Under the pieces are notes generated by a model. It worked only from the letters and a program-made list of their open reading frames with translations, had not been told where the DNA came from and did no database searches. This document shows positions 35,643-48,831 of a stretch of 64,000 bases of DNA, piece by piece. Positions within the stretch are counted from its first letter, which is position 1. The number at the start of each line of letters is the position of its first letter. Source of the stretch: Iphione sp. A-MEVVRFRX5 (lineage: Eukaryota); the NCBI GenBank assembly GCA_976226885.1, contig OZ320317.1:80352001-80416000 (forward strand). The letters run 5' to 3'. A program made the translations under genes and the position numbers.

Positions 35643-36266
35643 TGTAACACAGTTATGGATATGATGATGATGCTGTATCGGGACATCTCGGCTTGTTCCA
35701 ATGCAATAAACAGAACAAAAAGGGATTTGACATTGTATTAAAAGGGGTCATAACATAATGGTGAGCCTGAAGAGCTAATGAAGTAATACAACGTATGTAC
35801 AGTGTATAGATATATGAATTGTAAGTAAGGCCATTTGCGGAGTAATGTAACAGTACGGAACAAAAATTTTGTTTGTCCTATACAGGAAGTGCTCTTTCGT
35901 GTACTTCACAGTTCTTCACTGTATCAGCAGTAAAAGTAATCAGATCTGTTGAACATTAAAAGTCCACTTGTTTCACATGGTGTCATAGTGTGCCAACAAG
36001 ATAAGGTGTAAAGGATGCTCGAGCATGACCCTGGACACGGGGTTGGTGACATCAAAGAACATAAAAGCTTAATGACTCACTGTGTGTTTGACATCTGACA
36101 AACGACCAAGTCCGGTCGGTCTGGTATATAAGGTTGGAGGTCCGTCGTGACCAGTCGGACTCACCCCGGTTGCTGTTCAGACACTGATTGCTGTAACATT
36201 GATGCTGGCTGAAGAAGAATAAAGGCTGACTTGAACCTGACTCGTGGTGTTTGCATTTGTGCTACA
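35643..36266 (+). mobile_element. Solo LTR (624 bp) of a different LTR family
   Basis: TGTAAC...GCTACA ends. ATAT on both sides (35639-35642 and 36267-36270). TATATAA at 36125-36131 and AATAAA at 36218-36223, 43 nt before the end. Confidence 0.8.
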
Positions 36267-36270
36267 ATAT

Positions 36271-37211
36271 ATTTTTGGAACAAATTCATCAACGGAATCA
36301 GTAAAATGGCGCCTGTATAGATTCTCATATTCGGTTATTATCAAATCAAATTCAATGGAAGCACTGCACTGAAATCTCTTCTGGAGGAGCATCCAGAAAT
36401 TGCGATATCACTTGTGAATTAAAAGTATGATACGATCATCTGCATAATAAATGTTTTCTTCCTCCAAATTTGGAAGCCTTCCAACCGCAATGAACCATTC
36501 TTTAATCAATAGTACTGATTTAAAAAACAATGCTACCAGGCAAAAGGATAATTGTCCAGGCGCTACTCTCACATTGTGCCGTTTAAGATAGTGATCCCAC
36601 ACATCTCATAGTGTCTACCGTTTCTTCCTGTGAACACTAGGAAGGAAGTGCCCAGATCCACGTACATACAACATTAGGTAATGTTAGGGCCACGCTGTTC
36701 TTTATGAGGCCACCCACCCCATAACAACTGCGTCAACCCTGTCGTCCTGCTACTGATGGTCCTGCCTCTACGAAATGTCCCCTAGGTAAAAATCATAATA
36801 AAGTTTTACATGAAATTCACTCGGACATGCCTAATCTCCATTTAAAACAATCGTGTCCTTCTCTGAACCTGACGTGTTTCCTAATCGTTCCAACCCTTCC
36901 CTTGACAGGAGGGATTATAAGATGATTCTCCAATATCTGATAGGTCTAACCTCTTTCCCCTTATGGGAATGGAGAACCCTTAGCCTGTCAGCCATGGAGA
37001 TTCCTAAGCGCCGTCGGTAATTGCATAAGAACGTCCGTCTGTGGTACTGATGCTTTATCTTCAAAGCCCTTTGGGACAGGAATCGCCTGATCTCCTCCCT
37101 TGAGAAGGTGAGAGCAGGGGATCCTCCTTCCTCCTGATGCGGACTTTCTGAGGTCATCCCCAAACCCGGGGTATCTATCGGCGGACAAACTGCACGTCCA
37201 GGCCTAATCAC
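36271..37211 (-). pseudogene. Probable Penelope-like retroelement N-terminal relic
   Basis: Ordered, degenerate matches to PLE ORF motifs: KHQYHRRTFL.NY, WRIIL, DFYLGDIS*, LLQK.F, FDL....ENLYRR. Many stops. Pattern recognition only, no search run. Confidence 0.4.
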
Positions 37212-40200
37212 CCTTGGCCACTGGTGAAGGATCGGCCTAGAGGGAGTCGATCTGGTGTGAGAAGTGAATCGTTACCGAGAGATGCAAAGTAAGGCCACGC
37301 ACGAGGACCTGGATCCTGCTGCAGACGTCAAGGAAAGAGAGACAATAAAGTGTGGGAAAAACCTTTATATGGATAATTACAAATGCCTTGACAACATAAT
37401 GGAGTCAACAGAAGCACATCGATGTAGTCTCTCTCTGTCTCTCTTGTTTAATACAGAGAGGTCTCATTATATTCTTAGTGTAAACGAATAGTATAATGAC
37501 GTCCTCTCTAACAATATGGACTAGATTTCTTTACGCTTTGGATCCTCATAAATAAAGAACGCTATATTTCGTAGGCCGATATTCAATATGTAGCAATGTG
37601 GAAAGTATTGCTTAACATTTTCGTACTCCCACCAGAAGCGCATTTATCTTATACTGACCGTTTCAATATTAGGGACAACAGATTATTCACAAAGAATTAG
37701 TCTGCCTCGTAAAATTTCATTGGCGTTCAGATTTTTTGATGTTATGAACGTGGCCGATTCAGCATAGTACCTCGGCGCAAAAACAAATTCTTGTAGGAGT
37801 TTGTTCAGGATGAGTAGTTGGATATGCAGGTAGATGTGAGTTGCGAATCGAAACAAGACTGAATATTCCAACTAGAAAACTACATGAAATGGAATATTGA
37901 GGTATGCCTAACAGGCATTGATGGACGGCATACCTTCTCTAGGGAAACCTTTCTTTATGTTTGTAAAAAGATGACCATGCCTTCATCATCTATGCAGTAG
38001 CCCTGTTCACTGGGGGTGACGTGTAAGACTCCAAAACTAGAATGCTAGGTGGGGACATAACAGGGGTATTTTAAAGTATGAATGACCGAAGTATTCTCTC
38101 TTCTAAAATGTTCTCGTGAGGAAGTCAACTTTCAGAGAATGATGATAGATAATTGAGACTATAATGTATTCAACATCTTAGGTCATCCTAATTTTGTCAT
38201 TGTGTTGCAACGTGGATATTCTGGCAGGAGACTGGGAGGTTCAGAGATGGTATGAATTTCAAAGGTGTGACCTATCACGTACCGGTATAGATCGGGAGGG
38301 GTGATGCCCGAGACAAATGACTAACTGTCTACTACTTACATAAGAGCAGTGTTGAGAAGCCCAAGCTAACCTGTATATAGTCGGTGTCGAATATCTGTGT
38401 TTCGCGTTGCCCAACCGACCCAGAGTGTTGTTCTAATGGACGATATTGTCTTTTCTTTTCCTGTGAATATTTGCATAAAGAATGATGATAGATACCTATA
38501 TATAACACCCTTCCTTAGGGCCCTGGCTTTCATATGGTACCAGTTTCATCTCAGCAGTAGAAGTGATAGTACTAGGATTGTATCGAGTAAAAAAAAGAAA
38601 CCACCACCTATACCGACCCTCCAGGTTTTCAACATGTTAACCAAAACACAGACATCTTTTGACAGTATCGGTCGTTTATAATACTAGCCCCAATCTTTCA
38701 GGCTCGGGTAGCGGGGTAAATTCATATTCATTGTTTTCAAGTTAGTATCTTCAAACCTTTGTACTTGTGTTGTTAAGTTCTCTATATTTTATTTAATGGT
38801 GGAGAGTGCGCCACTACCGTCACTAGTATGATAATTCGTGACAAACAACTGATTGTTCTTAAGTAGGTAGGATATCTTAGCATCTTCCTCTGATATTTTT
38901 TCTCCCCCCCGTCGTACTCTAAGCTTCTATTCGGATAAGATGATGATAATTCTAAAAGATTAAAAAGCCTATGCTTGATCCGCATCCTTGCATTATCTAT
39001 TAGGGATGATAGAATCTATTCTCGAAGCAAAACAAGATCGCTAGTCATTTTATCTACAACAAGAATGACACTGAAGAGAGGCAATTACACTGTTATCAGC
39101 CGTCACTTCAAACATCGCTAAGCAGGGGATCCCGCCAGAGGACAGCGAGTCTCTGTCTTATTCCGACAGAAAATCATTGAAACTTCAGGTAAAATCCATT
39201 CTCGAGTATCATTCGAGAAAAAAAGGATCCTCCCCTTAAACGGTGACATGGATGGTCTCAACTTCGAAGTTTTAGTCCAGCGATCTTTGCTCGTACCGGA
39301 AATGACAAATTCTTGTGGTAGACAGTTTAGTTTATCCAACCACATGTTCTACCACTCAGCTCCCGGGACTCCAGAGAGCAACGATTGCACACTTGTGCTG
39401 GGACATCCACTTTGATAATGCCAGCTTCTTATGTTACAGAATCGACATAGCCGAAAACGGTGTGAAATCACAAAATCACCTCACAAAACATAACGGCAGT
39501 CTTCTTTACCCGGTCTTTACATGATATTCTATTCTCCGTCGTACAAACCTGAACGCTAAATCTGAAACCAGTATAGCGTCTTCGTCAGAAATCACCACTG
39601 TTTTATTTGTCTTGGACATTAGGAGAATTCCCTTCATCTTATGGTGATAATTGAATTGTACCCGGATCGTTGGAGGCACGGCATTGTGTCATTGGCTACG
39701 TCAGCATTTTTTTAACGCATCATTTACACAGGAAAGGTGAATATTCAGCTTATTCTCACCTCGCGCACCTTGTTGAGGATACATACATTGGTGATTATGA
39801 ATAATGATTGGCAAATGACGGAGAAGATGATTGTTAATGTTCAGCGATAAATATGATCATCATACAGAGCAGTGTAAGTGAGCCGACTTACATTCTCGCA
39901 TTAGGATTTGCTAACTAATTACTGGTAAGCACCCTGTGCTTCTCAACGACCCTGGGGGGAGGGGAGCTATAGTAGGTCTCCATCGACCGTAAATCTTCAG
40001 AAAGAAGAAGCCGAGCTATATATAAAAAGGTCCCATGGACATTGTTCCGCAAGGTTGTAAGATAGATGTCGAATCGACTTTTAAAAACGTTATTAGCCGT
40101 TTCTAACGTCTATGGTGTGAGGGGTCAAAGAGTTGCGATGCTATAGTCAAAGTAGTCAGCATGCTTGTCCTTTTGTTTGTCCATCTGTTTGCTTGTCTGT

Positions 40201-43200
40201 CTGTCTTTTGTCCTCTTTTTCTGCATTGAGTTGTCCTATGAAGTAATGCCGTTCTCATTGCCATGATTCACACTTCCCATAATAATAATAATGTTGATTG
40301 TCTATGTCATCTCTTAATACAGGGCTTTGTGGGCATCGACAAGTGGGGAAAATGTAACACTGAATGTGGGATTATACATAACTTTTGTGAAAAATGCATA
40401 GACATTGTGATGTAATGCTCATTTGTACAAGTAAACTAGTCATGTTTGTGATCATATTTTTGATATAACTGCTGGTGCAATGCAGAAACAGAAATTGTTC
40501 TATTTATCTCTAATACAATTCCTTTATGAAACTGTTGAATTATTTCAAATTAGAGGACAATCTGCATTCAATTGGAAACCGTGCATATTAAAAGAAGCAG
40601 TTTAATCAATCCAGTAGTTTAATAGTTATTATTATATGTGTATTCAAACAAAATTCTTTTAGTGACTCCTATGGTCGCGCTGTCTCAAAGGATCTGGCAA
40701 GTGTGCTATTCATTTGGGGCAGCAGGAAACGAGAGGATAGCTTCTCGAACTTTCATTTATATCGACATTTAGAAGGGACTCCCTCAACAGTATCTAACAT
40801 TTGTCAGATTTTGTCCGGTGGAGAAGCCTTCCTCTAATATTGTTAATACCACTGGGACAATCGCCTGTCGCTGGAGAGAACATGTGCTGATGGCAACTTT
40901 CGAATTAACTCCCTTTCTTCTGTCAGTGAAAACAGCCGCCTGTCGCCCGGTATTGATGCTTCTTCAGAACTGCAAAGAGAGTATGGAGATTTCTCACTGT
41001 AAATATGACTTCAATCATGTGAGGATTATTGTAATATTTTCCAAAGGGACCCATGGAGATTGCATAAAAATAGAGAAAAAAAAGACACCATATTTAACAA
41101 AATCTCATAGAAAATATTTCAAAGGATAAACAAGAAAAAGTTCCCCTTCCGTGTAAGTGAAATGCTGTTCACTGGTTACAGCGCTAAATGGGCGATTCAC
41201 GGAGGTGCGAGAATCGATAAACGAGACAGATCTCCTAAGTATAGTGTCATACGTTAACAATGGCAAGCTGGGAATATGTTCAGTCAGCAAGAACATTTAC
41301 TGGGTAAGCGTCGAAAGGCATTTTGTTAGTGAAACATAGTTTCAAAATGGCCCTGTACAACTTTTAGTTTATATACCTTCAGAAGTCTGTCGATGCAATT
41401 TTGTGGGGACTGAGCGGTAACAGAGCCATATATGTGCGTAATCGATTTGCCTAAATAGAGTTTGAGGAGGAAAAAGGAGGAGGAACGTTATATATATTTC
41501 CATGGTGATAAAAAAAATCGGTTATAGCTTTGAGAATAAAAGTCACCAGAAGTAGGATGTATGTGCAGCCCACGCAGGGAAAGGGTTAATATCTAACGGT
41601 TTGGACGATCGATTTTTTGACCACTAGGTGGTGTGAGGAGTAGCAGGACTTTGGACGTCCGCGCCCCGCCCCGCCCCATCCCAGCCCTGCCGTGGTCGTT
41701 ACCAGCACCGAGACGGCTGGTTCATTGTGACTGGACTGTCATTCGATCACCGGACGAAAGGGACCTAGTGGTGTCCTCGCACCGCTCTATTAAATCACCC
41801 CAGGCTGGCCCGAGTCGTCTGTTACCAACCCCCCTCCCCCCCCCGCTAGGAACAATGTGTTGGCCGGCCAGCTCCCGGATATCCTCCACCCCCCCTGCAT
41901 TCCCATCCCATCCTCTACTAGCATAGCACATAACGCATACCTTCACTCAGGGTCACCTATTAAACAGGTCTTCATGAAGCCATCGCACACAACCCATATT
42001 CACATTCCCCAACGACCCCGTACCATCTAATGTCTGACCCCCCCCCCCTTCCCCCCGAGCCAATCTTCCGTAATAGAAGCGTCCATCACCTGCTGTAGGC
42101 ATCAGCCCCGTCTAAGCCATAAGTTAGTGAACAGGCCACGCACAGATATTAAGAGTAACATTTCTGTGTCTTGCATTTTCTGTAGGTATGTGGTGTCTGT
42201 CTGACTGTCCATTTATCTCTTTTTAGATAATATTATCCACCGATTTTTTTCCTCTACTGTATCTCCCGGCTCATTTCTGGTAACAAAGACTCCGGCTCAG
42301 TGAGGAGGCAGTAGGTAAGACCAAGTTTGGCATCCACCGCACGTTATTTGAAAAACTATTTTGAATTTTGATTCACGTGCATGTATTCAGAGTGATGCCA
42401 GTTCCAATTCCTACAATGCGCCATATGAAAAAGTCTCATTAGATGTCGGCCGAGTGAACATATCACACTATTTCAGCAAGATTACAAAGTGCAGTTTCTA
42501 ATTCAAGATACTGTAATGAGAACTGCAATGAGTATTTTACCAATAGTTGGAGGGAGGCAATTCTTTTAACATAGAGAATGTATGCAGGCATTTGAAGCAT
42601 ACTGTACCAGCTTTTCCCCCATTTCCTTTGAAATTACCATGGAAAGGCCTTAAATGTGGGCACTGTTTATCACACCAATTTCCTGTGCCTTTCCAAAAGC
42701 CTAATGACATAACGTTTTCGATCTTTCTGTGGTCAGGGTTTCAATTTTCTCATTGACATTCTTTGATAGGCTGCTTCGAAATGTATTCAACGAAGCTTAT
42801 TGAATAAAAACTAAATTAACCAGGTTTCTTGGAGGCATCATAGTTGAAGCCATCCGAGCGGAAAAAAACAATAATTTTGATTACACTAAAAAGCCTGTTT
42901 TTTTCAACAGTATTCTATAATTCAATGATGTAGCCAAATTGAGAGTAAACTTGAGCAATTTTAGAGAGAAGCCACTCGTAAATGAATGACCATAAAAATT
43001 TATATGTTACTACCTCAAATAGGGCATCTACAGCTTCTCTCTGGTTGAGGCAGAGGCAGCCTCCGTCACCCTGTTGAAAGGGATGATAAACGTCCAGCGA
43101 GGCCCATGACAATGAAATTATTCTAGTCATTAGTTCTTTAGCATAATCATAATTACAAAGGACAAGAAATTTTCAGAGGGTGATTGTTGTCCTCAGGTTG

Positions 43201-44208
43201 TTTCTTTGAAAGGAAGGCCAGAGCAGGGAGTTGTGAGGAGACGAGTTTGTGCTTCCTGCAGGTTCTCTCTTTTGGATTGTGCTACTATCTCCCTCAGTCT
43301 CTCTGGATTTCATTACAGTTCCGTAAAGTGGGCTAGTAAATGATGGTCACACAGAGGCAGGATTGAGTTTTAAAGTGAATTTTATACTGTTTTAAAAGCA
43401 CCTGCGTATAGTGTCATCACCCATACACAAGAGAATTCCACAAAGTATTACAGAGTAATAAATATTAAGAACAATCTATTCAAGAAATATAACCAGAGAT
43501 AATTACCACCCATCAGGTTTACTCGTTACATTCTAAATATCATGTAAATGAGCCACAAGACTAATGTTATTTCACAAGACTCATGTCTTACACTCGCTGA
43601 ACCCTAATCCTGCTCCGAATAACTCCAAATGTTTCCTTGTACTGAGTTAACTTTCTACAGGTGAACTGAGTAGCCCCAGCTATCCACAGTTCATATGCAT
43701 TTCAGGATTGTCTTCACCTGTTTCGTGTAGTCCTCGTGGATTTCTACACAGTTTCCACTAGTCTCCCCAAGTCCTCTAGAAGAACTTTTTATGGATATAA
43801 GTCTAAAGGTTACATAAGGTTACACCATTCTAACATTAATTGATATTCAGGGTATACACCTTTGGATCGCTTTTATGGTAACTTATACAAACGTATAGCC
43901 GTGTTTGTCCCGTAACACTTCAGTTAATTCTTGTGAAACTGGACTCCAGGTAATTCAGATTCTGTACAGAAAAAATAATCTGTGTCATAACGGTTCTACT
44001 ATCTCCTTAATAGAGGTATAGCTGCACTGAAGGAAATCTACCGAAAGATTCATAAGCTTATTGAAGCTACCCAAAATCAGAAAATGAAAACAAACAAATT
44101 TCCAGTTAGGCACAGTGCTAGACATTTTATAGGAAACATACTACAACAAGCAGCTTTGATGATTATATTTTCCGAAACCTTCAAAGGACTACACTAAATA
44201 CACTAAAT

Positions 44209-44562
44209 GGGTGGGGAGTTAGCTCAGTGGTAGAGCACTGGTCCACTGACTGAGAGGTCGCAGGTTCAATCCTGGGCCTGGGACTCCTGATCACGACCAG
44301 ACAGATTTACTGTAGCCCCAACCCAGAGTGGTCCACAACTCGTAAAAAGGCCGTGGGTGTATAGGATTCTGTCCCCTATGCACAAAAAGACCCCAGAAAC
44401 CTATTCGAAATAAGAGTAGGGGACAACCCCGGGTATTCTGGTCTCTCAACTCTCAACAATAGATGGTAGTATGCTACCCCAGGAGGATATGGAAGATCCC
44501 TGTTGTATGATAGGTGAATATATTCCTGGTAAAAGATACAATGAAATGAAATGAAATGAAAT
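44209..44562 (+). mobile_element. tRNA-derived SINE, MetaSINE-like central domain, (TGAAA)n tail
   Basis: Pol III A box TAGCTCAGTGG and B box GGTTCAATCC. Central gtggtccacaactcgtaaaaaggccgtgg...atgcacaaaaagacccc...aagagtagg resembles the Meta domain. Tail atgaaatgaaatgaaatgaaat. A second copy lies at 47983. Confidence 0.8.
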
Positions 44563-47500
44563 ACAATTCATTATATTGTCCACAGCATCTGAAAAGCATG
44601 CCATACTCTCTAAAGATTTAAGGGTCACACAGCACTGTTTCTAAGGCTCCCTGCCTTTAAGGCCTTTGGTAAATACAGAAACGATAGGTAATAATGACAC
44701 AGGACAAATGTCAAGGGGAAAATAAGAATTTCTGTAAAAAGCCCTGTCACGATAAACATAGTCAACCCATTATAACAAAAGATCATTAATGAATAATAAT
44801 TAAATATGAGGATGATATTACGACTGATAGCTTGCGTCCTATCATAGAGTCTCAGCGTTATCCTGGCTAACTTCGTACCTGTCCTGCAAGCTGGTAAAGT
44901 CTTCTATTGCCTTATATGGAAAGGGCAATGGATTCATGATTACACATTCCCATAGTCGACGGCCTTTTGCGTAGGATAGCATCAAAATGGGCCATAAATT
45001 ATATAATCCTAATCCCCATCTATACAAGCCACTTGCACGTCTCAAATGCAATCATCCATTCTTCCCATGAATGCAAGCCTATAGATTGTCTAATAGATAA
45101 TGTTAGGTTTAGTGGGACTGATGGGAATAGCCACAGCAGTAGATAACCGATACATTTTAACAAGCGACTGTTGGAGCCTTCTACCCACTAGGACAATTGA
45201 ATTATTCTGCTTCAATTGGCTGAGCAGCTGCATCTGTATCAAATTAGTTTGGAAATAAGTGCAACTCGAATTGCTAATACAAGGACTTACTTAAAGTTCT
45301 AAGCCATTCGAAGTTGTTAGAACTGTTCTATAAGTGTTTATGAGGTACTGGTTTCTTTATCCTATCTAAAGGGTTTCACACGCTTAAAAATAGATCGTGT
45401 AGAGGCTCTCTAGGTATGTGACATATTAAAGTAACGAAATAACATGGAAGCATATCAGTCCTAAATTAAAAGACATCGAAGCACGCCTCTCAAGTGTAAT
45501 CAAGGTACTCGTTTGAACCTGAAGGCGACCGCATTCGAGACGTTGTATATTCTTAAAAAATTCCATCACGAGCAACCCCCTCAATCTCCAATACTATGCT
45601 TTTAAATTATTCTGTTCCCGAATGCTTAAGATATAGACTGTCTCTCACGAGCAGCTGTGGCTGAACGGAAATCACCTAGGGGAAATCAAGAAGTGCATTA
45701 GTGTCAAGTGTGTGGCAAATAGCATTTTCTTCGAATAATAAAAATACCTATAAAATGATTTTCTAACTAGATGAAAAGCCGTCAATACTGGATACAGCCG
45801 TAAAAACAAGACAGTTGTAACCTGTTTGTAAGTTACCTGTTTGCAATTATTTGAAAAGCTCCGTTATCAGACTTATTAATATCAAAAACCTGTAATACAT
45901 TCGCCAGATCAGAATGGCGCTGTTATATGGGGTCATCCATTAAATATTCAAAACAGTGAATGTAATAAGCAGTGCTCCCTTGGACTGGTTTCAATCTTTA
46001 CGGGATAATAGCCACGAAGTATAATATTTTAACCAAAAACAGTTTTAAAATGTTGGTTATTGTCGTTTACAAGAACTGGGTTCTGCAACACCAGTAGAAA
46101 TGCAGATTGTTGACATTTCCATGCACCTGTGCCTCCATGTAGCGTGTCCTTGCATTTATGGGGGGGGTAATATAGAGCAGAATGGATTGACAACATCATG
46201 AAATGGAGTGAAGGCACATGGTTGCAGAAGCTGAAGGATCATGGCAGCCCACCTTCTTGACGAAGACGGCTCCCAATGAGCGCATGTGTCAGTGGCAAAT
46301 ACACTGCATGGAGGGTGTTTTAGTGGTTTGGAGGATAAGCAAAGTGCAGATTTTCATGGTACTACACAGACTTAAATCATGCTACATGTACATAGATACC
46401 CAGGTACATCACAATTCTGGCTTTGAGAAAAACATGGTCTTTCCGGGTTTTTTTTTCATGGGCAAAAAAGTACCCGGTGCAGATAGGGGAACTTTGGATT
46501 TAGGGCAATTGTAACAGATGTGACAGATATAAGAAGCAAGGAGCAGTTACGGATAATCATGCCAGCTGATGTGAGACATGTTACACTGGGCGAACATCAG
46601 TTCTGTATATGAAAGACACGTGTCACAGGGCGAATGAACTGCAGTTCCGTTATTCAGACATTATAATGCAAGCACACAGCCTCTGTAGATGGCAGAGAGT
46701 CCTTACCTTCAGCAGACATTGTGTTTATAGATCTCCGTCATACTACCATTAGCCCAACGAAGCTGAACCAAGTGTGTCTACCTGCGATACCGATATCTTC
46801 TAAGAGACCATTATGCAAGTTTCAACCAAGTTCGCACCTAAGCCTTGTAACGCATGATGGCACAAGTATCAATCAAGATCTTTCTGTTCAAACTACTTTA
46901 TAACGATGGTGCTCATTTTGACTTTCCATTGTCTGTGGTCTGTGTAAAAGTGGGCAGTATTGAAGAATGCAATCAGTCTTAACCCAGCAAGCTTAACATT
47001 TATAATGCTATTTCATTTATCTTACACAGCACGATCATAATTCTGACCTTTACCTGTAGATCCGAGATAAATACATTGAAGCCATTGTAATAAAAAATTA
47101 AAATTATGAGGAGCAACACATGCACATGAGGATAATATAACAGCTAATATATAGCTTACGCCCTATGACCCTACAATAGCTTTACTCAGAGTGTAGCACA
47201 GACATTGAGAGCTCCACGTCTATGGGTCGGCGAAGCATGCGTGAGAAAACATCACATTTCTAGATCTGAGTGAGATCTTGCGAGAGAACACCGTGTAACT
47301 GGATCTGCAAAACATTCATGTCATCTATCATCTTAAATACAGTCAATGTTGGAGCAAACAACGGAGGCAACTTTAACCGCGTAGGCTGGAAATGTCCACA
47401 ATCAATCTAGACATTTCTTAGATGGACCAAAAATTATGTCCAAAACCAAAAACAAACGCACATTTTCACAATTGACTTATAGAAACACTCATTGAAAAGA

Positions 47501-47982
47501 CAACAAATGCGACTGTCGGGTATGCCTGGTACGCTGTTCGAGAGGTTCCTTTGGGAAACGAACTGTAATGTACCCTGCTGGTTCAGTAATGTTCATTTGT
47601 AATGTAAATCAGTTGCAATTTAAAGAATAAAAGTACAACATGCGCTGAAAAGTATCAAGATAAAAGACAAATCTAATTATCTGATTGTTTGCAACACACA
47701 CAAACCATATCATTTAGAAAACGCAGAAGAATCTGTCAACCCATATAACATCAGCTTATTCCCTCTGTCATGATGATACATATTAGCTTTGTAATATTAT
47801 AAATTATTTTTTGGTGTGCGATCAGTCACGTCTAGGCATCAGTCTAATGAGTGAAAGTAATGTATTCTGAGCCAATGTATTCGGAAGGTCACCTGTATTC
47901 TTTATATGTATTTTCAAAATCCCGCCATGTCTCACAGTTGCAAACAGAAACTTTTCTGTTTGTGTGTGTTGGATATTTCTCA

Positions 47983-48355
47983 AGGGAGAGTTAGCTTAGT
48001 TGGCTGGAATGCTGACTAGCACTGGTCCACTGATTGAGCTGTCAAAGGTTGAATCCTGGGACAGGGACTCTTGATCATGACTAGACATTTACTGTAGCCT
48101 GAAACCAGAGTGGTCCACAACTTTTAACAAAGGTTGTAGGTGCATAAGATTTTGTACCTATGCACAAAAAGACACAGAAACATGTTCAAAATAAGAGTAC
48201 GGGACAACCCCAGGTATTCTGCTCTCTCAATTCCCAGTAATAGATAGTAGTGTGCTATCCAAGGAGAATATGAAAGCTATCCGAGGGGAATATGAAACAG
48301 CTTAAATGATAGCTTAATATCTAGTTCCTGGTTAAAGATACAATAAAAATGAAAT
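47983..48355 (+). mobile_element. Older copy of the same SINE family
   Basis: Colinear with 44209-44562 (agcactggtccactga, atttactgtagcc, ccagagtggtccacaact, tatgcacaaaaagac, aaataagagta, gggacaacccc, ttcctggt.aaagatacaat). A and B boxes are degraded. Confidence 0.8.
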
Positions 48356-48735
48356 TATATCTGAGCATGTATAATATTTTTCTTATAAGATATTGCATGT
48401 TCTTCACCAGTCAGAGCCTGTTCTCTCTGTATCTGCTTTTATACACTCACAGAGAGATAGGTAAACATTACAACATGATTTCCCACATGTCAGCTTGTGT
48501 GATTCGTCCCTGGTAGTACGACATATCTCCTTATATGATTCTATAACCTTATGTATATTCCATGAGCCTATTTAATCGCTTACTCACTGAAACTGACTTC
48601 AATTAATGCATCACAGACTGTATTTTGGTGGAAGTAGGATACCCAGCTCAATCTATATGTTAGACAACACACTGTACGGGCTAACTGAGAAAGGTCCTAT
48701 TCATTTATTTAATGCACCTGTCACCTTTGACTTAC

Positions 48736-48831
48736 AAAAAGCTATAACCGGTTTGATACTGGTAAAGTAATCTGCATCAGTGGGGTTGATATCTACCCAC
48801 ACGACCATGGAGTATTGAGAAGAATGTAGAT
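48736..48831 (-). CDS. Candidate 96-nt symmetric phase-1 host exon (DLHSSQYSMVVWVDINPTDADYFTSIKPVIAF), product unknown
   Basis: Strong acceptor ttcttcatcagtttctttctAG and donor GTAAGT, with an open frame. No partner exons or homology established. Confidence 0.3.

Noticed and set aside
36420-36445. YYADD on the minus strand as an RT active site
   Set aside because: It lacks the flanking RT motifs in the right order and spacing, and it falls in the inferred N-terminal region of the PLE relic.
44209-44280. tRNA gene
   Set aside because: A and B boxes are present but no complete cloverleaf or T-run terminator. It continues into a SINE body that is repeated at 47983.
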